Below are positions 52,608-64,000 of a DNA stretch of 64,000 nt, in pieces. The stretch is taken from the NCBI RefSeq assembly GCF_055900595.2, contig NZ_CM148325.1; one strand, given 5' to 3'. Every line of letters begins with the position of its first letter. The first letter of the stretch is position 1. A model generated the notes under the pieces. It did no database searches and had not been told where the DNA came from. It saw nothing but the letters and a program-made list of their open reading frames with translations. The position numbers and the translations under genes were made by a program.

Positions 52608-52847
52608 ATGGACTCTATTCACGGTCATGAAGTGTTAAATATGATGATTGAATCAGGCGAGCAATATACGCATGCCAGTCTGGAAGCTGCGATTAAAGCG
52701 CGTTTTGGTGAACAGGCACGTTTTCACACCTGCTCGGCAGAAGGGATGACAGCGGGAGAGCTGGTAGCGTTTCTGGCAGCAAAAGGCAAATTTATACCTT
52801 CGAAAGACGGTTTTTCGACCGATCAGAGTAAGATTTGCCGTCACTGA
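52608..52847 (+). CDS. yecH: Small protein YecH
   Basis: 79-aa ORF. Confidence 0.7.
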   Translation: MDSIHGHEVLNMMIESGEQYTHASLEAAIKARFGEQARFHTCSAEGMTAGELVAFLAAKGKFIPSKDGFSTDQSKICRH

Positions 52848-52884
52848 TTTGAAACGGCGGCAGTAAACCTGCCGCCGGAGAGCA

Positions 52885-53382
52885 TTAGTTTTGTGTGTCG
52901 AGGGTAGAGAGTTCTTTGTCGATAAAATACAGACCTTCGCCGCTTTTGCCTGCCAGGCTTAATTTATCAATAATCGATTTGAACAGTTTCTCTTCTTCAT
53001 GCTGCTCAGAAACATACCATTGCAGGAAATTAAATGTTGGGTAGTCCTGATTGGTCATTGCAGCATGAGCCAGTTCGTTAATTTTCTGGGTGATTAATTG
53101 TTCGTGTTTATAGGTTTCCTGGAATAATTCATCAAGTGAGGAATATTCAGCAAACGGAGATTCAACGGTATTAATACGCGGTAAATTGCCGGTATCAGTC
53201 AGGTAATCAAACAGACGCTGCATATGCGTCATCTCTTCCTGGGCGTGACGGCGCAGGAACGCGGCAGCACCTTCGAAGGTATGATAGCTGCACCAGGCGC
53301 TCATTTGCTGATAAAGCAGTGAAGAGTACAGTTCCAGGTTCATCTGCTCATTAAGTTTTTCAATCATTTCTGGTTTCAGCAT
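52885..53382 (-). CDS. ftnA: Ferritin FtnA
   Basis: Start trimmed to [15 protein letters not shown]... Confidence 0.9.
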
Positions 53383-53552
53383 GATAGTGCTCCACAAAGG
53401 TTATATTTGTTGCTGTGGCGTCACTATAATTTGTTATTTTATTATTTGCAAAAGGTAAAATATAAACTTCAATTATTAAAAATACGAATGGGAATAAAAC
53501 GCATTACCGCTATTTCTTTAATCAGCGAAGATCCCCTCGCTGATTAAAATAT

Positions 53553-53876
53553 TTAGAGAAAGACAGGGAAGGCGGAATGATGGCACTGATATGACAAAGT
53601 GAATTCCGTATTCAAACATAAGGAACCCGCAAAAAGGCTACAGTTGCCTACTGGCTGACCAAAGGGGACCGCGTGGGTATAGCCTTCCTGCTGGCATGCG
53701 CGATCGGCGATCCCGCGACTGACATAACGATCGGTATGGGCATGCTGCAAAAAAGCCTGGTCATAAACCAACCGTACAATACCTGTTGCCGCGTCAACTT
53801 CGCTCACATGGGCCTGGCGAGTAACCGTACACCCCGCCAGCGTTATTAATGAAAGAGTCAGAATCAGAAGTCTCAT
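53553..53876 (-). CDS. yecR: Lipoprotein YecR
   Basis: 107-aa ORF with lipobox LAGC. Confidence 0.75.
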   Translation of the reverse strand: MRLLILTLSLITLAGCTVTRQAHVSEVDAATGIVRLVYDQAFLQHAHTDRYVSRGIADRACQQEGYTHAVPFGQPVGNCSLFAGSLCLNTEFTLSYQCHHSAFPVFL

Positions 53877-54138
53877 GGTCCAGCCAGAAGAGTAAGAGAA
53901 AGCACTATTTTACGCGTTACAGCGCTGCGACAATGGCCGGAAAAGACGCCTGGCAGGCGCTATTTCTTGCCATCTGTAGGTGTCAGAAATAGGGGGGCTG
54001 TTTTTTGATTATCATTTTTATAACATTAAAGGAGTATTTATGTGATTTGTATCACATAAAGATTGATTTTTGTGATGGTTGTCATATTATAAGCGCAAAG
54101 ACAATAACACCTGTATAACAAATGGTCGGAGTGCCGCG

Positions 54139-54225
54139 ATGAAACTGCGCAAAATCCTGAAAAGTATGTTCAATAACTATTGCAAGACGTTCAAAGACGT
54201 ACCGCCAGGCAATATGTTCCGATAA
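54139..54225 (+). CDS. azuC: Small protein AzuC (28 aa), within the AzuCR/IsrB dual-function RNA locus
   Basis: ATG AAA CTG CGC...; MKLRKILKSMFNNYCKTFKDVPPGNMFR followed by a terminator; below the 60-aa track threshold and read by hand. Confidence 0.7.
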   Translation: MKLRKILKSMFNNYCKTFKDVPPGNMFR

Positions 54226-54254
54226 TAAAAAACCTGCTCCGGCAGGTTTTTTTG
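54226..54254 (+). terminator. Rho-independent terminator after azuC
   Basis: ACCTGC-TCCG-GCAGGT hairpin followed by TTTTTTT. Confidence 0.8.
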
Positions 54255-54339
54255 TGTCCTGATGACGGTGGATGTGACTATCGCTGAAGATGTGAAGCCG
54301 CTACTATAACGGCTTTCAAAATGCTATCAGGAGTTTACG

Positions 54340-54591
54340 ATGTCCCAGCCGCTGAATGCCGATCAGGAACTGGTTTCTGATGTGGTTGCTTGCCAGTTGG
54401 TTATCAAACAAATTCTGGATGTTCTCGATGTAATCGCGCCCGTTGAAGTTCGTGAAAAAATGTCCAGTCAGCTGAAGAATATCGACTTTACTAACCATCC
54501 CGCCGCCGCAGACCCGGTCACCATGCGGGCAATCCAAAAAGCCATCGCGCTTATTGAACTCAAGTTTACCCCACAGGGTGAATCCCATTAA
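54340..54591 (+). CDS. yecJ: Small protein YecJ
   Basis: 83-aa ORF. Confidence 0.75.
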
Positions 54592-54669
54592 AAAAACCGC
54601 TGCTTCAAACAGATGAGGCAGCGGTTTCTCAAAACCTTCATCGGCGCAATGCATTAGCGCCGATGATGA

Positions 54670-55173
54670 TCAATGCAGCTGGTGTGACACGACATTCAGA
54701 ACATGTTGGTCGGTCTGCACAGGGCACATACCCGCAAGTTTCGCACTGCGCACTTCATCAAGAATGGTTTGCAGCAACAGACCATCATGCTGCTGTTCTT
54801 TTTCCAGATCGCGCAGGAAATTGACGGTTGAATCATCATTCAGTTCTTTCGCTTCATCGGCTAACTGTGCCAACGTACTAGAACGTTGCTCGTATTCTTC
54901 CATCGTTTTTTGGAACAGTTCTTCCAGAGAGTTCAGTTTTTCACCGGGAACATCAATGGCTTTAACGATGGGGGTAGCGCCGACACTCTTCATAAAGTTA
55001 AACATGCGCATCATTTGGGTCACATTACTCTGTGCCTGGGCGCGAAGGAAAGTGGCGGTGCCGTTCAGACTCTGTTCAGAACACCAGTTACTCAGGTGAA
55101 GGTAGAGATTGGATGCGTAAAACTCGCGGTTCATTTGAGAGTTGAGTTTGAGAAGCATTCCAGCGGTTGCCAT
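54670..55173 (-). CDS. ftnB: Ferritin-like protein FtnB
   Basis: 167-aa ferritin-fold ORF. Confidence 0.85.
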   Translation of the reverse strand: MATAGMLLKLNSQMNREFYASNLYLHLSNWCSEQSLNGTATFLRAQAQSNVTQMMRMFNFMKSVGATPIVKAIDVPGEKLNSLEELFQKTMEEYEQRSSTLAQLADEAKELNDDSTVNFLRDLEKEQQHDGLLLQTILDEVRSAKLAGMCPVQTDQHVLNVVSHQLH

Positions 55174-55969
55174 ACCTAATATCCTTATATCCAGAAGTGG
55201 AGAGGTGCAAGATAAATCAAAACACCATAATTACTGTTTGCAGAATAATTCCTTTCTGCCGGTCCGAAATGTGATCGTGGAGTCAATTCTGACGATGATC
55301 TGAAATAAGAATAACGTCTGAACGGGTATAAGAAAATGCTTAAATCATCAAGTTTATATATTTTTACATTTCATTGATGAAATCAATGTAACTGCAATGA
55401 ATTTTAATGATAGCGCTTTTTGTATCTTGTTGATATTAATCAATGAATTTGAATTCATGATGAAGTGATGATTTTATAAAACGTTTTTTCATTTTTGCGA
55501 GATGGCTCTCATTATACGTGTTCTGTTAATTAATGAGCACAGTGATAATTAATGGCGAAATGAATGACGTACATTTTCCACATCTTTGAGTTGCGGTTAT
55601 TACACCATTTCAAAAACTCAACGCCAGGTAATGCGGCCTATTGACTGGTTAAAAAGAAGACATCCCGCATGGGTACCAAAGACAACAAGGATTTCCAGGC
55701 TAATCTTATGGATTAATCTGCTGTGCATTCGACAATTTGTCTGACAAATTGGCTTTCCCTTATGTCTTTTCCCGCTAAATTTATGCACGTTCTCACTGTA
55801 ATTCTGCGATGTGATATTGCTCTCCTATGGAGAATTAATTTCTCGCTAAAACTATGTCAACACGGTCACTTATCTTTTAGTTAAAAGGTAATGCTTTGTT
55901 TTCCGATTAATTTAACGAATGTCATTCGTTTTTGCCCTACACAAAACGACACTAAAGCTGGAGAGAACC

Positions 55970-56959
55970 ATGCACAAATTTACTAAAGCCCTGGCAGCCA
56001 TTGGTCTGGCAGCCGTTATGTCACAATCCGCTATGGCGGAGAACCTGAAGCTCGGTTTTCTGGTGAAGCAACCGGAAGAGCCGTGGTTCCAGACCGAATG
56101 GAAGTTTGCCGATAAAGCCGGGAAGGATTTAGGGTTTGAGGTTATTAAGATTGCCGTGCCGGATGGCGAAAAAACATTGAACGCGATCGACAGCCTGGCT
56201 GCCAGTGGCGCAAAAGGTTTCGTTATTTGTACTCCGGACCCCAAACTCGGCTCTGCCATCGTCGCGAAAGCGCGTGGCTACGATATGAAAGTCATTGCCG
56301 TGGATGACCAGTTTGTTAACGCCAAAGGTAAGCCAATGGATACCGTTCCGCTGGTGATGATGGCGGCGACTAAAATTGGCGAACGTCAGGGCCAGGAACT
56401 GTATAAAGAGATGCAGAAACGTGGCTGGGATGTCAAAGAAAGCGCGGTGATGGCGATTACCGCCAACGAACTGGATACCGCCCGCCGCCGTACTACGGGA
56501 TCTATGGATGCGCTGAAAGCGGCCGGATTCCCGGAAAAACAAATTTATCAGGTACCTACCAAATCTAACGACATCCCGGGGGCATTTGACGCTGCCAACT
56601 CAATGCTGGTTCAACATCCGGAAGTTAAACATTGGCTGATCGTCGGTATGAACGACAGCACCGTGCTGGGCGGCGTACGCGCGACGGAAGGTCAGGGCTT
56701 TAAAGCGGCCGATATCATCGGCATTGGCATTAACGGTGTGGATGCGGTGAGCGAACTGTCTAAAGCACAGGCAACCGGCTTCTACGGTTCCCTGCTGCCA
56801 AGCCCGGACGTACATGGCTATAAATCCAGCGAAATGCTTTACAACTGGGTAGCAAAAGACGTTGAACCGCCAAAATTTACCGAAGTTACCGACGTGGTAC
56901 TGATCACGCGTGACAACTTTAAAGAAGAACTGGAGAAAAAAGGTTTAGGCGGTAAGTAA
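55970..56959 (+). CDS. araF: L-arabinose-binding periplasmic protein AraF
   Basis: Start trimmed to MHKFTKALAAIGLAAVMSQSAMA signal peptide. Confidence 0.92.
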   Translation: MHKFTKALAAIGLAAVMSQSAMAENLKLGFLVKQPEEPWFQTEWKFADKAGKDLGFEVIKIAVPDGEKTLNAIDSLAASGAKGFVICTPDPKLGSAIVAKARGYDMKVIAVDDQFVNAKGKPMDTVPLVMMAATKIGERQGQELYKEMQKRGWDVKESAVMAITANELDTARRRTTGSMDALKAAGFPEKQIYQVPTKSNDIPGAFDAANSMLVQHPEVKHWLIVGMNDSTVLGGVRATEGQGFKAADIIGIGINGVDAVSELSKAQATGFYGSLLPSPDVHGYKSSEMLYNWVAKDVEPPKFTEVTDVVLITRDNFKEELEKKGLGGK

Positions 56960-57028
56960 TTTGCCGGAAAAATTCCCCTCTGCATGATGCAGAGGGGGTG
57001 TGAACGACCAGTGATTCACGGAGACGTT

Positions 57029-58543
57029 ATGCAACAGTCTACCCCGTATCTCTCATTTCGCGGCATCGGTAAAACGTTTCCCGGCGTTAAGGCGCTGACG
57101 GATATTAGTTTTGACTGCTATGCCGGTCAGGTTCATGCGTTGATGGGTGAAAATGGCGCAGGAAAATCAACTCTCTTAAAAATCCTCAGCGGCAACTATG
57201 CGCCAACCACGGGTTCTGTAGTGATTAATGGGCAGGAAATGTCCTTTTCCGACACGACCGCAGCACTTAACGCGGGCGTGGCGATTATTTACCAGGAACT
57301 GCATCTCGTGCCGGAAATGACCGTCGCGGAAAACATCTATCTCGGCCAGCTGCCGCATAAAGGCGGCATTGTGAATCGCTCATTGCTGAATTATGAGGCG
57401 GGTTTACAACTTAAACATCTTGGTATGGATATTGACCCGGACACGCCGCTGAAATATCTCTCCATTGGTCAGTGGCAGATGGTTGAAATCGCCAAAGCGC
57501 TGGCGCGTAACGCCAAAATTATCGCCTTTGATGAGCCAACCAGCTCCCTCTCTGCCCGTGAAATCGACAATCTTTTCCGCGTTATTCGTGAACTGCGAAA
57601 AGAGGGGCGGGTGATCTTATACGTTTCTCACCGTATGGAAGAAATATTTGCCCTCAGCGATGCCATTACTGTCTTTAAAGATGGACGTTATGTCAAAACC
57701 TTTACCGATATGCAGCAGGTTGACCACGACGCGCTGGTGCAGGCGATGGTCGGGCGCGACATTGGCGATATCTACGGCTGGCAACCGCGTAGTTATGGCG
57801 AGGAGCGCCTACGTCTTGATGCTGTGAAAGCACCAGGCGTGCGTACGCCAATAAGTCTGGCGGTTCGCAGTGGTGAAATTGTTGGGCTGTTTGGTCTGGT
57901 AGGGGCGGGGCGTAGCGAATTAATGAAAGGCATGTTTGGCGGGACGCAAATCACCGCCGGTCAGGTTTATATCGACCAACAGCCGATCGATATTCGTAAA
58001 CCGAGCCACGCCATTGCCGCAGGCATGATGCTCTGCCCGGAAGATCGCAAAGCGGAAGGCATTATTCCCGTGCACTCCGTTCGCGACAATATCAACATCA
58101 GTGCCAGACGTAAACATGTGCTCGGCGGTTGTGTAATCAACAACGGTTGGGAAGAAAACAATGCCGATCACCACATTCGTTCGCTCAACATCAAAACGCC
58201 GGGCGCGGAGCAACTGATCATGAATCTCTCAGGCGGAAATCAGCAAAAAGCCATTCTGGGCCGCTGGTTATCGGAAGAGATGAAGGTCATTTTGCTGGAT
58301 GAACCTACGCGCGGCATTGATGTTGGCGCTAAGCACGAAATATATAACGTAATTTATGCGCTGGCGGCGCAGGGCGTGGCGGTGCTGTTTGCCTCCAGCG
58401 ACTTACCTGAAGTCCTCGGCGTTGCCGACCGGATTGTGGTGATGCGGGAAGGTGAAATCGCCGGTGAATTGTTACACGAGCAGGCAGATGAGCGTCAGGC
58501 ACTGAGCCTTGCGATGCCTAAAGTCAGCCAGGCTGTTGCCTGA
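57029..58543 (+). CDS. araG: Arabinose ABC transporter ATPase AraG
   Basis: Start trimmed to [15 protein letters not shown]; two ABC cassettes. Confidence 0.92.
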
Positions 58544-58554
58544 GTAAGGAGAGT

Positions 58555-61910
<3,356 letters not shown>

Positions 61911-61916
61911 GAGCGG

Positions 61917-62345
61917 TTAATCACCCGTAAGTGGAACTAACAGCACATCGACCTCACTTGAGGCAATCACTCTTTTCGCCGAGCAGGATGCTCGCGAAAA
62001 GAAACTGTGATTGTGATTACCGCAAATCACCAAATCGAAATGATGTTTGTGACATACTTCCAGAATATGTTCGCTTAACTCACCGTAGGCAATAAACGTC
62101 TTGTCAACGGGATACCCCGCATCCTGAATTAACTTATCAAGAAAGCTTTGCGTTTCTTCTTGCATCACGCTGCGTAAATCTTCAAGCATCGGCGCGGCTA
62201 ATTGATTGTACATTTCCGGGTCGGAAGCGAGAGTAATTAAACTGATGTGTCCCTTTACTGGCCTGGCGATAGATACCGCTTTTGCCAGCAGTTGCTGACT
62301 TTCCGGTGTAACCGCAACAGCGACAAGAATATTGCTATAGCTCAT
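61917..62345 (-). CDS. uspC: Universal stress protein C
   Basis: 142-aa UspA-family ORF. Confidence 0.88.
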   Translation of the reverse strand: MSYSNILVAVAVTPESQQLLAKAVSIARPVKGHISLITLASDPEMYNQLAAPMLEDLRSVMQEETQSFLDKLIQDAGYPVDKTFIAYGELSEHILEVCHKHHFDLVICGNHNHSFFSRASCSAKRVIASSEVDVLLVPLTGD

Positions 62346-63124
62346 AACCTGTTCCTTATTCTGTGAACTTCAGGTGACATTAAAGCTTTACTCCTAATGG
62401 AGAAACGACGCAATCCCAACTCGGTCAAACAGGTAAATATTAGTCTGATTATTAGTAAAGACAATTAATCAATCACTCCCGGTGATCATATAATTTCAAA
62501 TGTAATTATAAGAAAATAGTGTACTGATTCTCCGCATTAAACAAGTGGTTAATATATGTAAAACATTTCATTTAACATTATGTTGATTGTTGCCTTTCTT
62601 TGTATTTAATTAGTTTGTTGTGCGGTAAGTGTCTGTTTAAAAATAGCTTATCTGGTATTGCATGAAAGTGATTATTTATAGCAGATGATTATTTACGGTG
62701 AGTTATTTTAACTGTGCGCAACATCCCATTTCGATTATTCCTGTTTCATTTTTGCTTGCTAGCGTAGCGAAAAACTTTTTAACAGATTGAAATACACCCA
62801 AAACAAAAGTATGACTTATACATTTATGTTAAGTAATTGAGTGTTTTGTGTGATCTGCATCACACATTATTGAAAATCGCAGCCCCCCTCCGTTGTATGT
62901 GCGTGTAGTGACGAGTACAGTTGCGTCGATTTAGGAAAAATCTTAGATAAGTGTAAAGACCCCCTTCTATTTGTAAGGACTTATTAAACCAAAAAGGTGG
63001 CTCTGCTTATTGCAGCTTATCGCAACTATTCTAATGCTAATTATTTTTACCGGGGCTTCCCGGCGACATCACAGGGTGCGGTGAAACCGCATAAAAATAA
63101 AGTTGGTTATTCTGGGTGGGAATA
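62346..63124 (+). promoter_or_regulatory. flhDC promoter and long 5'-UTR regulatory region, with no IS insertion
   Basis: About 780-bp AT-rich intergenic region upstream of flhD and divergent from uspC; no long ORF; no IS terminal sequences seen. Confidence 0.6.
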
Positions 63125-63475
63125 ATGCATACCTCCGAGTTGCTGAAACACATTTATGACATCAACTTGTCATATTTACTACTTGCACAGCGTCTGATTG
63201 TTCAGGACAAAGCGTCCGCTATGTTTCGTCTCGGCATAAATGAAGAAATGGCGACAACATTAGCGGCACTGACTCTTCCGCAAATGGTTAAGCTGGCAGA
63301 AACCAATCAGCTGGTTTGTCACTTCCGTTTTGACAGCCACCAGACGATTACTCAGTTGACGCAAGATTCCCGCGTTGACGATCTCCAGCAAATTCATACC
63401 GGCATCATGCTCTCAACACGCTTGCTGAATGATGTTAATCAGCCTGAAGAAGCGCTGCGCAAGAAAAGGGCCTGA
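63125..63475 (+). CDS. flhD: Flagellar master regulator subunit FlhD
   Basis: Start trimmed to [22 protein letters not shown]. Confidence 0.93.
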
Positions 63476-63477
63476 TC

Positions 63478-64000
63478 ATGAGTGAAAAAAGCATTGTTCA
63501 GGAAGCGCGGGATATTCAGCTGGCAATGGAATTGATCACCCTGGGCGCTCGTTTGCAGATGCTGGAAAGCGAAACACAGTTAAGTCGCGGACGCCTGATA
63601 AAACTTTATAAAGAACTGCGCGGAAGCCCACCGCCGAAAGGCATGCTGCCATTCTCAACCGACTGGTTTATGACCTGGGAACAAAACGTTCATGCTTCGA
63701 TGTTCTGTAATGCATGGCAGTTTTTACTGAAAACCGGTTTGTGTAATGGCGTCGATGCGGTGATCAAAGCCTACCGTTTATACCTTGAACAGTGCCCACA
63801 AGCAGAAGAAGGACCACTGCTGGCATTAACTCGTGCCTGGACATTGGTGCGGTTTGTTGAAAGTGGATTACTGCAACTTTCCAGCTGCAACTGCTGCGGC
63901 GGCAATTTTATTACCCACGCTCACCAGCCTGTTGGCAGCTTTGCCTGCAGCTTATGTCAACCGCCATCCAGGGCAGTAAAAAGACGTAAACTTTCCCAGA
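63478..64000 (+). CDS. flhC: Flagellar master regulator subunit FlhC, 3'-truncated by window edge
   Basis: ATG 2 nt after the flhD stop; hand translation [31 protein letters not shown]... with the Cys-rich Zn site CNCCGG; open to the window end, so absent from the ORF track. Confidence 0.88.

Overview
About 64 kb of an Escherichia coli chromosome, colinear (in inverted orientation) with the K-12 region that runs hprRS-hchA / dcm-vsr / dgcQ / rcsA / fliR-fliE / amyA-fliTSD-fliC-fliAZ-tcyJ / sdiA-uvrYC-pgsA / glyW-cysT-leuZ / tyrP-ftnA-azuC-ftnB / araFGH / otsBA / uspC-flhDC. Most of the window is well-known core genes, identified by reading the six-frame translations; no database search was run. 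It is not identical to K-12, and the candidate undescribed system sits in one of three accessory patches: (1) an IS200/IS605-family element abutting yedK, with a nonsense-disrupted tnpA and an apparently intact tnpB, which is a candidate TnpB/omega-RNA (OMEGA) RNA-guided nuclease locus and the most interesting signal here; (2) an emrE-ybcL-ybcM cassette (cargo that in K-12 sits in the DLP12 prophage) next to fliE, followed by about 0.9 kb of AT-rich ORF-poor DNA with a 3x20-bp tandem repeat; (3) a complete IS1 with a perfect 9-bp target-site duplication between hchA and an intact yedS porin. No rRNA or CRISPR array was seen. CDS coordinates come from the ORF track, with starts trimmed to the canonical N-terminus where the track ORF was extended upstream; hand-indexed features (tRNAs, terminators, repeats, IS ends) may be off by 1-2 nt.
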